The notes beneath the pieces are model-generated. The model was not told where the DNA came from. It did no database searches and was given only the letters and a program-made list of their open reading frames with translations. Shown here one piece after another: positions 51,605-64,000 of a stretch of 64,000 nucleotides of DNA. Every line of letters starts with the position of its first letter. The stretch's first letter is position 1. Origin of the DNA: Auanema rhodensis (lineage: Eukaryota > Animalia > Nematoda); NCBI GenBank assembly GCA_964057225.1, contig OZ059896.1, forward strand, positions 7,688,001 to 7,752,000, read 5' to 3'. A program made the translations under genes and the position numbers.

Positions 51605-54600
51605 GGCTCTATCACTATCAAAACTGAACTAACTCTTAGTTCAGTATGTTCTTATCATTTCCGATCGCGGTTTTCCTCGAATATGTTTTATCAACACAAA
51701 TTCCCACTTTATTCAACTTCCTCAAAATAATCTGGTATGTAATAAACTCCTCTTAATGTTACCAGCTAAATATATTATTCATGTTCGTGTTCAATATGGT
51801 AACAGTCGATTATTTAATTTCTAATGTTTAAATTTCCGATTTTACAACAAAATTACACAGCCACGAACGGAATAATGACTGTTACTGTTTTCGCTTTTTT
51901 TAAGAATACAGTCGTAAGCCCCTTTTGGCTTTTCCGACCCAAGTATCCTTAAACATACCTCGGATATAAGCTTCATTCTTATCTTTGCTAATATCCTCAT
52001 CAAAGTTTCTTGCCGTTATGTATCATTGCCATCTTGTCACGTAACTCCATGTCACTTTGCTATTAATAAAGCGGCTTCTTCAATGTACGAAAAGCTTATA
52101 TATTGAATATAATGGTTAGTAACTCATATAATGTGTATAATTCCGATTTTTATATAAAAAAACACTTTACAACATCAACTAAAGACTGATATTTGAATAT
52201 GGAGGAGTTATTTCGATTCTTCTATCACCATAAACGTTGACAATCGATACACTCAGAACAGCTGAAGAAAAATATATCAATAGACACTAATAGGTGATAT
52301 TATTAAAGTTTTAGAATGATTATTACATTACTATATGTATAAAATTAAATATTTAACTTTAAATATTACGCACTTGTTAATATTTGGTCAGAAATCTACA
52401 ATTAAAATTAAAACTTACGAACAAATGTTAGGACCAGTTGCATTAGAAATAGAAAGGAAGTAAAAATTATTGGAATCATGACGTTTATATTCGAACTGAT
52501 ATATGTAAGATGGAATGAGAGAAGATAGAAGAGGTACACGAATTGATATGAAATGACTGACTAACTAAAAGGCTGATTTGAAAACGAGAGAACTTGAAGA
52601 AGACGAAGAAGAAGTTGAAAACGACAAGTTCCTGTTTGAAGGCCAGAACTATGACATGATGGGGGCAATGCTATTTTTCAGAAGATAGGTCTGTTATCAT
52701 TTCACAAAAAATAATTTCAGCTAGAAGATTGAAATGTTATTGTTGAGTTCTCATTAACTGTCAACCTGCTGCTTGACTTTTTTTTATTCTGTAGCATAAG
52801 GTATAGACCAGTGTCGAAAAGTTGTTCTTAAACCTAACAGCGGGAACTATTTTCATTATCAGTTTTTTTTTACAAAAGAATCATCATATGATAACCTTAA
52901 TGCAGAATTCGTACCAGATGTTGATTGGAATTCGGACAAAATAATTTATCTTCTTCACCTAAATAAATAAATATCTTTTTTTTTGTTTTATATCAAATGA
53001 TTTAACTATATAAAATGATAAATCAATAATATTATTAAATCTTTTGATTCATATATACTATATTATTGATCTGTTTAGCAAATTTAGAAAGGTCATGTTT
53101 TTGATAATATTAATATAAGATTTCTATATTATAATATTATTTTGTTTGTAATTAAGAAGTTTAATCTAAGATATCCAAAATATCATTTGATTGTATAATA
53201 ATTAAAGTAATATTACAATATAATTAAAAACTAAGTAATTCTTTAATATTATATAATAACCTTTGTGTGTATATTTTAATTATTTGAAAGATGAAATGTT
53301 GCTATTTATGTTTTCCATAAATCAACAATTAAAAAGTAAAGTAATGGATGTCTACTACATAGTATATATTCATATATTATATTTGTATTAAAACAAATAG
53401 TTAAGCTTTATCTTCTACATATAGTTAAAATCTAGACGGAATCATATATAAGTATTATAATTTATTTTGTATAATATATATATATTTAAATCAATTATAT
53501 AGCATATCTTATAATAGTATAGAAAATTGTCATGAAAATGTCTTGAGCTTTGTCCTCGGAGTGTACTTGATTCAAATGAGATCTCAAGAAATCATATGAG
53601 TATGCGAATATGATCGGAGAAATATCTATGCAAACTCTGAATTTTGACGCTTCACCTCTTTGTATTGTTACCATAATAAGGATAAATCAATTGAACTAAT
53701 TGTTCTCGTAATAAGTGAAATATGGAAAACTAGTCAGATTGTTAGACAAGCCAATATTGATATTAATAGAATATGTAATATTTGACTATGTGCAAAATCA
53801 GAAGAGCATTTTCAATCTTTCTCTCTTTTGTCCTATTGTGTATAACTAATTATTTTTAAAAGTTTTATAAGTATATGTTATAGTTCTATAGATTACTATG
53901 CTCTATAATTTATTCTCCACTTTAAATCTTCTAAAATATACTTATCACATAACTCCGATCCCTTCCTCCATCAACCTTTCTCCGTAAAAACCTGTATGTA
54001 GAGTTCGTATCTGCGTTCCGTTTTGTTAGGTTCAGCTTGCCCTACGTCAGCTGGATTCGTGCGTCTAAGTGAAGAAGAGTGAGAATAACATAGTTCCATA
54101 CTATCTCGATCATATTTTGCAAAAACTATGTACTTATCAAGTACTTGAATGCCATTGACTCATTGTGCTATCACAAAATGTGTGTCACAACTTTGTATGG
54201 TCATATGAGAACAGCATGCAGCAATATATAGTCTTTTATATTTCTTTCGTCTTTTCAAATGAATTTTAAGCAATGCTGCTCAACACCGAAACAAATTCAA
54301 TATTTAACCTTGTCTTTATTTCATTTCAAAAATCAATGTGTCTCTCTGTCTATCTATTTCCAATGTGTGTGCGTATGTATGTGGGCCCTTCAACGCAACT
54401 GTGTGCCATGACAGTAGACGACGAGGCAACATCAGAAAGTACAAGTAGTATTTGGCCCCCCGACGAAAACAGGTCTGGAATAGCTCAATCTCTACAACTC
54501 TAATTTCTCCAAATACTTTTATTATCTCTTTTTTTCCTTTCTGTTTTATACACACACTTCTATATCATGTCTACAGCTTTTCATACCTTTCTCTTCATTC

Positions 54601-57214
54601 ATACCTCTTTCTATCCCACCTCTCTCTCTGTATCTTTGTTTCTCTGTAACTCTCTGTCCCTCTCTCTCTCTCTCTCTCTCTTACTACCCCAATATATATG
54701 TATATGTATGTATCAGTTTTACTACTCTTATATTCTTGTTTCTCTTTTTTTCTTTTCCCCCCTTTTCTCTCTTGATGATGTCTATTACATTTTTTTGATG
54801 TGGATTCTGTTTCAAAGATTTTTCATGTAGATTATTTCAATCACCTACTTGTACTTAACTTTTTCTTTTCTTTGTTAGAACAAAAAAAAATGAGATCCGT
54901 TCGAATTGTTGAAAAAAAAATGCAAACTAGATGAAGAGCTAATCAACATATCCGCTGTTCCCTCATGAGTTTCTATTGAATTGTTTTAATAGTATGATCC
55001 ATCTATTTACTACGTCAATATATATTTTCAAATACATAAAACATTTTGTTTGTATCACTTCACGTTTTCATTCATACTGGGATTGAAGAGAATTGAATTT
55101 TCCCTGAATTTTAGGTCACTTCAAGACAAGAAGCCATTTTAACCAGTTCTTATGTTGCCTGAATTCGGATAGTTATCTGCGGTGTACCATCCTAAAGTTT
55201 CTTTAAAAGGTCATCATAATAGAAAAAGTACATATCCACACGGGTGGTCATAATCATTATGAAAATTAAAATGTGTAATCGTTTCAGTTTAATAAATTTC
55301 GTTATGAAACTACTCTTTACTATACTATATACTTCTTATATTTAAGTAATGACTATTAAATAAAATCCACTAAATCCATATAATTGAATTACAATATTAA
55401 ATTGAAAATAAAATGAAATGATTAAATATTTTAAAAATCTATTTTTAATTTATCACTTAATATAAAAAATGTAATATAGTTTTCAAAGTTGAAAGTCTTC
55501 GATTGGCGGTGATCATTCATCATCCATCCTGCCTTCAATCCATGGTTTCATTATTATATAGACGTATATATATATATATATTCTCATTAATTTTCTCACA
55601 AATATATATATATATATAAAATAAAGTTTAACTATATTGTTATATTATATCTTGAAGACCAAAAACAGTTTGACTAGATCATTTGCAAAAGCTCAAAATA
55701 GAAATGCGATACTGAGGATAATACTGTTTGAATCCTGTGAAGGTAACAATCTTTTGCAATACATTGGTGATAATGATGTTGATGATGGTCGGTTTAAACT
55801 CTGTAATCTCATATATTAAAAGAAAATTATCCGAAATTATATATAAAAACTGAAATATAAACCTATATCTAAGTTTTTCATAAAATTATATTTAGAAAAG
55901 GAAAAAAAGGATAAAAAAGTAAATTTCGAGTGATTGAGACGAAAAATTCTATGAAAACCTCATCGATATAAAACATTTATAGATATAGGTGGACGGAAAA
56001 TATGTATTTCAAACATAAAATGTTGAGACAGCTAGAGTTTATGTAGTATAGGTATTAAGGTAGATTGGGAAAGAAATTAAGATAGGGAGAGATACTAGAT
56101 GAGATAGAAAAAGAAGGTAATACTCAGAAGGAGTGCGATTGAATGAGGAAAAGAGTCGAGAAATAAAAAAAAAGAAGAAGTTGAGGAAGAAATAGAGAAA
56201 CAGACAGAGGGCCACATGCATTCAGGCTTCAGTAGCATGTGTTCTAATCGTGCACGCTGTAAGTACAACTATGTCTCTCGCTTCTCCTCTATGTCTGACC
56301 AGCCCTAACGATGTAGTAGTTCGGCTGGCAACAAAAGAAGTAGTCAGCTCCCTCTCTCGCTTTCGTTCGCTTTTTTCTGATCATCGCTGTCGTAGTGTTC
56401 GTCGTCGTCGATGACAATTCTTTCTCCCCTTATACGTTGTATGCTGAAGACGATTACGTTGATAACATTGATAATAGTCCACCACTTTGCGAAGATGATG
56501 ACAGCACTAGGATAACGATGAAGTTCAGAACAACGAACATCAGTAGATGTCTAGATCGGCAACATTTGATTTCAAAAAGAAGTCTACCTCGCATTTCCAT
56601 TTATAATTTGTCTCGCCCATTTTCATTATCTCAATTGTATTATTATCGTTTAGTTTTTTTGCTTTAATGGGAATTTGTGACACATTTTAACGCTATTAAC
56701 TTGCTGTATCTTAATGACTCTTGATTACAACCAGAGTAAAAAAAAGGCGAAACGTTTTCAATTCTGGAATATTCTATTTTCCTTAACATTCTTTAGTTCA
56801 CTCTTTCTATTATCTATCTGTTTTTTTGTTATTTTGAAGTTTTTATATATTTTATTAGGTCTATGGATGTTCTAACTATCTCTCATTTATTTGCAACTTT
56901 TTCTGCTCGCAAAAGATAGAGTATGTGTATCTAGATAGAAATGAGAGGATATGAAATGATTTGTGAAGCAACTCATAAAGAGAGTTGACGAGAAAAGGTT
57001 AGATGGCTATAGGAGGGAGAGGAAAGGTAGTGTTTGGAAGAAACTCTATGTTTCTCCTCATTCTTTACCAGAAGAAAGAAAAATAGTTCTACTGAGTTGC
57101 GAGTAATAGGAAAAGAACGCTTGAAAATCAGTCTACGTGTTCGACATGCTCTTGGCCACTCTTTTTTTGCGGTCCCTCCAACTAGCAGAATTTCTCGCTT
57201 TCCCTCCATTGTCA

Positions 57215-57220
<6 letters not shown>

Positions 57221-57288
<68 letters not shown>

Positions 57289-57295
57289 CCTCCCT

Positions 57296-57339
<44 letters not shown>
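57221..57339. repeat. (CT)n microsatellite, interrupted
   Basis: Directly visible. Confidence 0.97.
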
Positions 57340-57340
<1 letters not shown>

Positions 57341-59316
57341 AACAACTCTTTCTCTCTCAAACGCTTCCTTTACTTCTTCGTTCTCTGTTTTCATTCTATA
57401 TCATAGGTCAGACATAGAGAAGAAAAGGAAATATACATAGGAAATCAGATGGTGAGACACACAACGAGAGTGCACAAAAGCGAGGGACAGACTGAGAATG
57501 AAAGAGAGTTGTCTCGAATTTGGAGGTTGTGGAGGGGTAAGAAGTAGCATTAAGTTGATCAGAACAGACTTTTTGTATTGCGTTCCCTCTCTTTCTAACC
57601 TTTTTCTTTTTAGTTACCAATTTCTCTTTATCGGTCTACCTTTACTCTCGTATTTCTCTCTCTTCCTCTTTCGTGATCTTTTCTTTGCTACTCTTCTTCT
57701 CTTGTAACTATTCCCTCTTTTTCGATCTCCCTCTCTCAGTCTCTCACTACTGGCTCTCTGGTTCTCCTCTCTCTATCTTCCAATTCTCCTTCTTCATTCT
57801 ATCATGTACTTTCCTATTGGCTTGTACTTTTTGTCTTCTGTCTCCATATCTTCCGTCGCCGCTCTCCATCCAGCTGTGTACTCTGTCGTCATCTCTCTGT
57901 CTCGTCTCGACTCTCCCCCTAACAGCCCTGGGCCCCAGGCCCAGCCCCAGGCCCACACGGTGGATACCCTCTGCCCCATACCCTTGTTCTGCTCAACTGC
58001 TTAGTGTTCCTCCTCATGATATTTTTCTGGTTTCATCCAGCGAACGCTGTCGGTGCAAGAGTTTAAAACTATAGTAGTTTTTGATAATAGAATAGTTAAC
58101 CTCAATTCTCTCCCGAAAAACGAATCTATCTGTCCTCGTAATTGAAAGCACAAAACAATTATTTAGCAAAATAAAGACTAATTTCTTTTAACTTTATTTA
58201 GTACATGTCTGCTTCTCATCCATGTTCATTAGTGTTCGTCACATGGAATGCCCGACCTGAATATCACTTCGTTTGATATCCAAAACAACGTACCTTCTCA
58301 GTTCGAATGTTTCCATTCTCACATTTTAATTTTCTATCAAGCCTATCTCCTATTTCGACATAGCCAATCTTCGATTCGTTTTCAATCTTTTTCTCAATTG
58401 AGAACTGCCCCCTACACCCCCCTCCATCCATTCGCAGCATCCTTTCGAGCCCGTGTGATGTGCACTTTCTCGTTCCGACCCTCGCCCTTTTCCTCTCTCA
58501 TCTTTCTCTCTCTCCGGTTTTCTCATAATGTTTTTTCATTTTCCTTACTCCTCTTACTCTCGTGTTCGTCTATTGCATTTCTATTTTCTTTCTTTTGAAC
58601 CCCCTCCTCGCTATTCTACTCATCTTTCTCCGATGCTTTGACCCGTTCCTTTTTCTGCCTGCTTTCTCTTCAGAATTAACGTAGCTATATGTTAGCATCA
58701 GCAGACGTAAAATGTTGAACAATTCGATAGCTGTTTCCTTTTTGGACCATTAGCCTCATGCTTATCTTTTTCTTTCTCGTTGCTTAATTTGATTAAATTC
58801 CTCCGAACTTGGTGCATTACAACCTGACTACTCTCAGTTGGTGTTCACACGCGCACTGTTAATATGTTGCAATAAGACAGCTCATATCATTTCAAAATTC
58901 TTCAGTTTCTGGTGTGTGAATGTCTGAAGAAATCCGAATGATTATACGCTGGTTTCTGGTCTTGGAAACAGCAATCACAGCCTGTCGAGATCCAGCTGTC
59001 TAATCGTCTTCTTTTTCATCTCCGTTTCTTCGTCTACTTGCTGATGATTCTGCTGCTGCGGTTCGGTCTGCTCTCGGTCCCATGCACTTCCCTCCTTGAC
59101 TTTTCCCCCTTATCCCTACGATCTACGCGCTAAAGATATTACCATTACGGACCTAACCGTGCAGATTCTCGTCTATCACACATGTTCACCTATCTTTCCT
59201 TCAGAGTTTTTTCTTTTTTTTTCTAATTCATTTGTGTTCTGATGATTTGCGCCGCCTGTTCGTCTATCCGTTCACTCTTCCTACATCGTAGGTAATAGTC
59301 GTAGTTGCCCGTAGTT

Positions 59317-59346
<30 letters not shown>
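59317..59346. repeat. (GTC)10 microsatellite
   Basis: Directly visible. Confidence 0.95.
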
Positions 59347-59347
<1 letters not shown>

Positions 59348-60276
59348 TCATAACCGTCGTCTGCCCTTCGCCAATCCACCATGGTCAAATCATCGATTCG
59401 CATCATTCGTCCTAAACTAGGCATACAAATGATGTGATGACAGCCATGTCACCAGCATTGGCTTTAGACAATTAATGTTTTGAAACTTTTCGACCCTTAA
59501 GACATTATAATCATTTAGCAACATTAGAGGTGTTTTCTTTAGGAAGCTTTAAATTCAAAAAAAAACAGAAGAATTTTTATCAGAACAACATCGACAGTCA
59601 ACAGCCTTCAATATCGGTAATTTCCTGATCTATCTACTGATATCTTATTAAAAACTGATAACTTTGCAAGGTTGTAGTGGATAATTCCTTCTAAATTTCA
59701 TTATTATGCACTTTTTCATAAATTGTATGACGTGAGGTTATTTTTTAATATTTTTTAAAGGGAAAATGTATAATTTTTAAAATTTCCTCTTTCATTTCAT
59801 TCATCTTCAAATATTACATGCGAACTAGCTTCTACAGAGCTAGGCTCGTATTCCTTCTGGATTCTGATACCTCCTTGAGCTCAATTTTCAATAATTTGAA
59901 ATTTTTCAAAAGTAACATGTTTCCGGCAAACATGGAAGTTTATCAAATCAAGAAATACTTTGTTGTTCAAATTATTTTCCTTATCTTTCCTTTCATACTG
60001 TCCTATTGAAGCTTCCAGAGTCCGTACGACACGTTTAATATTTGTCAGACACACTTTCTTGTTATAATGAAAACTATAAACTATTCACGTGAATTTTCCA
60101 CGAATATCAGACCATTATTTTACCTTCCTTTTTTCCATTGTTAGATAAATGTATTAATTTTTCTAGTTTTCATATCAGATTTGTGATGAATTAGAAATAT
60201 TATGAACATAGACAATAATTTGATGTTTTACTATATGTTATATAATATATAATATATCTACCTATCTTCGTTTTCT

Positions 60277-60284
60277 TTCTCTCT

Positions 60285-60334
<50 letters not shown>

Positions 60335-60340
60335 CTCTCT
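60277..60340. repeat. (CT)n microsatellite
   Basis: Directly visible. Shorter CT tracts also occur near 54660, 60865, 61845 and 62350. Confidence 0.95.
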
Positions 60341-63300
60341 ATATTATTACCTTCTTTTCTTTACTATAATATTATACACAACATATTCTTTATTCAATTT
60401 TATGTCTTTTGTTGTTTATTTTTACTTTTTTTTTGCTTTAGATACTTTTAAAAAATCTATTTTTATTACATTATCATGCAAAAATGTACTTACTATAAAC
60501 GGTTGATGTCATAATAGAATATTTTTACCTTCTTCCTTAAACTTTTTAATCAGCTATCTATGGAAATTCAACCATATTTATTCATTTTATTGATTTAGTA
60601 TTCTTTTTATCTTTTCTTTTGTAACTAACTTGTTCATTTTTAAAGTGAACCGACCTTTTTAAATGTTCTTCTTTGATACTCATGCTAATAACTCTCCATT
60701 TTTTAGTTTTTCTTTTAAGTAAAAATACATCAATACTTTTTAAAAATTAATAATTAGAATGCATATAAGATAAATAAATTACGTGATTTCACGTACTTTA
60801 ATAAAAAAATCATTTTACACATAGAACAATGATGAGCGGTTGTTATTCTCTCTCAACTTTACTCTCTCTCTCTTTCTCTCTCTCTTTCTCTTTCTTTCTT
60901 CCTACTTTTTTGCCTTTCTCTCTGTATCCTTTTCACTCACTTCTACTTTCTATCTTATGAATTCACAAATCATCCGTTCCCTTATATATTTTCTGTTCAT
61001 TTCAATTTTTTAAAGAACGTTCCATTCTATCTTATTTCAAATTATGCCTATAAATGCTAAAGTTGGTCAATTTGAACCCAAAATGCCTCATCAATGACAA
61101 TTGAAAGGTTTTGATATCTATTATATGAAACAATCAATGAATATTTTATTATATTTCATCAAAAAATATATATTGATTATCTAACTATTTCGTCTATTAA
61201 AATAGTTTAATATTCCAGAACTCATTTTGCCATTTTCACTGGATCATCTGCATAGCTTGATTTTTGATAAATCCCTTATTCATAATTCAAATGCAGAATT
61301 TATCCTGTTGATTATCTAAGATAAATTTTTTTTTGATTTCTTAGTTCACTTTCTCTAGAGATGAGAATATCCTCTATCCTTATATGAGCCAGATGAACGT
61401 TTATGTTCTAATAGTGTTTGAAAAATACTGAACTGACAATCTATCTTCCACCTACGCCAAATATGCCAAATTAGTTTCAATATCCTATAATATTGTCTGA
61501 TAATCTTTTGTCATTATTTTTTTCTATTTATTTAAGATTCACGTTGACTTATACGATGAGACTCTGTAATAGATGAGATGGTGCTTATGTACATGTCTCT
61601 ACAATGCTTTCATCTACATACAACGGTTGAGTTCAATCGTTCGTTTTCATCACGTTTTCAGTCCTTCTATCTATCTATATATATCGCTTAGCACAATGAG
61701 AATGAGAAGAACAGACGTCCATACATACACGCATACACACAACTAATTAGCTCGTTTTCAGCTTCTCTCGTTCTTTATCATTATTTGATGATTGCCCTTT
61801 CTTTCTAACTCTTCAATCCTACTTACTTTCCACCCCCCTTTCTCTCTCTCTCTCACTCACTCTTTTCCTCATAATCATATTTTAATATTATTTTCATATA
61901 TGAAAAAGATTATATTTTTAATATTTTGCAAAATATAGTTCAATAAACCATGACAAAACAATGACAAAACAATGAACGGGTTTAATGACATTTCTTAAAG
62001 AAATTGAAAACTTTTTCAAATTCCGGAGATTAACCTCATCCACGCAAAGTCTTTTCTTATTTAAAGCTAAATGTGTACTCTCATTTGCCATCTTTTCTCT
62101 TTCTTTTATACTTCTATGCTCATTTCTCTCTTTACTTGTTCATTCCATTATTTTTTCTCCTTTAACATTTACTTTCATCTACTTGACGTCCTTTTGTCTG
62201 TGCTTATTGTATGTGTCATCATACTTCTATCTTAAGAGATAGCTCGGCGTTCTTATAGATTTTCTTACGTTTAACACGTATTTTCTTTCTAACTTCGTCT
62301 AAGAATCTTACCTTGTAGCCACACAGCTATACTCCACGTTTATTCACATCTCTCTCTCTCTTTCTGCCTTCTCTTTATAAGTTTCATATAATTAAAATAT
62401 TCGCTATTATCGCTGTTCCTTATTCATATTACCTACTTTTCTTCCAATGAGTCTGTTATTCTTATTCTTATTCATACATATGCTCTAATTAGTTCTTTAC
62501 AAGTTTATTTCAATACGCGTTATTCTATATTCAAAAAATATGATTTGGACATTTTTTTTCTTGAACCTCCTCAAATGATTATTATAATATGGCGCATCAA
62601 GGATTTTCATAATAAACTATTCATTGAAGCTCCATATGATTTCTTGCCAATTTTAATCCTATAATAGTATTTATAACTTATGTTCTGTTATCAGATTTTT
62701 TTTTTGCTTCATTGGAGGAAAATAATGAGAGATAAGATGTTATGACTAGCAGAACATGTAACAGCCACTAATTTAAACTGGAACTAGAAACGTTTTGTTT
62801 CTTTTTAGTGATTAGATTAACAGAAAGAAAATAAAAAAAGATAAATGAATGGATAGATGAGACGGGTGCAGAACGGAAAATGATGAGGAAAAAGAGGAAA
62901 ATGAATGCAACCGTTCAATCATTTTGATTAGATTAAAATGATTTTGATAAATACGTTGTGAATTATTATATTTTATAAAATTAATATTTTGAAACAATTC
63001 AAACTTACTATATATATTTTTTTTTTTTAATTTATATAATATTTATAGTTATTGAATGAGAGTTGTTTTTAAAATTTAGACTTGCATCCTTTTAAGAATT
63101 CGTTTACCGTAATAGAAAGAAAATCATTATCTTTTCAAACATTTTTTTTGTCATCTTCAATCCTACAAAAGAGGTATACTGTATAATGAAAAAAAAACTA
63201 AGAAATGGCACCATTGAAGGATTTTGAATGAATTACCTTACGGGGATGTATTTATGTGACTGTATGTGTGACTTATTAATCAAATGGATTTTTTTTTAAA

Positions 63301-64000
63301 ATTTTAAATTATATCTAGATATATATTTTATTTTAATTCTAATAATCCTCAATTTCCTGTAATAACGGAATACTATGTATCAAAAGTTCAAAGAAATAAC
63401 ATAAGACTTGAGCTGACTTATTAAAGATTAAAAGGTTTGACGTGAAATTAAGAGGACGACACATGGATTTTGCGATTAATAACGACAATCAAAATCGTTC
63501 AATGATTATATTCGTCTTGTTAAACTTTATAATGAATTCTTGTATAAAACGATCTTCTCAAACGTTTTTTTTCTCTTCATCTATCATTAGTCTTCTATGT
63601 TTCTATTGTTTTCATGTTTTTGCTCGCAACAACCTTTCTTTAGAATGCTCTTTGTTAGATAAAAAAGTTCAGAAGACATTCGTCAATGTCTTCTGAAGCT
63701 GTTAGATTCATATTCATTGCTTGACCGCTATTCGTATTACGGTAGCACATTAAGGTGATTGAACTTCCAAACTTGGTCTTCCTTATACTATCGTTTATAT
63801 TTCTATAATATAAGTAAATCAATCAATATATCTATATATTAACATATTTAATTAAAATATAACAACATATTCTTTTGAAAAAGTTGCTCTATTCATCTTT
63901 ATTTTTTCTTAACCTGTTTTTAATATTAAAAATATTAAAGTTTATGCAAAACAATATCATGTTGTTCTGAGTTTTCAATGTATTTTCAATGATTTTTTTT

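Noticed and set aside
54273-58598. ORFs rich in SLSL/ERER/F-L-S
   Set aside because: Translations of CT microsatellites and pyrimidine tracts.

Overview
AT-rich, gene-dense genomic DNA of a rhabditid-type nematode, judged from cuticle collagens, ~40-55 nt introns, operon-like gene spacing and a Sec-containing trxr-1. The species cannot be named from sequence alone. In order: 3' part of MGAT2/gly-20; a tandemly duplicated three-hairpin microRNA cluster (miR-279/44/61-, miR-92/235- and miR-51/100-family seeds), each copy with its own conserved promoter; two aldo-keto reductases; three small orphan genes; a PAM2-like/CaaX protein gene; an EF-hand-Rab gene whose 5.8-kb intron holds three near-identical antisense collagen genes; a 628-bp inverted repeat enclosing decayed Maverick/Polinton capsid-like and fusogen-like gene fragments; a small secreted PAN-like gene; zen-4 head-to-head with a probable operon (TSR3, TP53RK, TDP1, SENP8, SHQ1, UQCC2); trxr-1 with UGA-Sec and a GUGA-type SECIS; adenosine deaminase with a possible myristoylated isoform; and ~12 kb of apparently non-coding, CT-microsatellite-rich DNA. 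Gene models were spliced by eye and family calls come from motif recognition, not database searches. The strongest candidates for something new are the miRNA cluster (with two matching seed sites in the neighbouring MGAT2 3'UTR) and the fold-back Maverick derivative.
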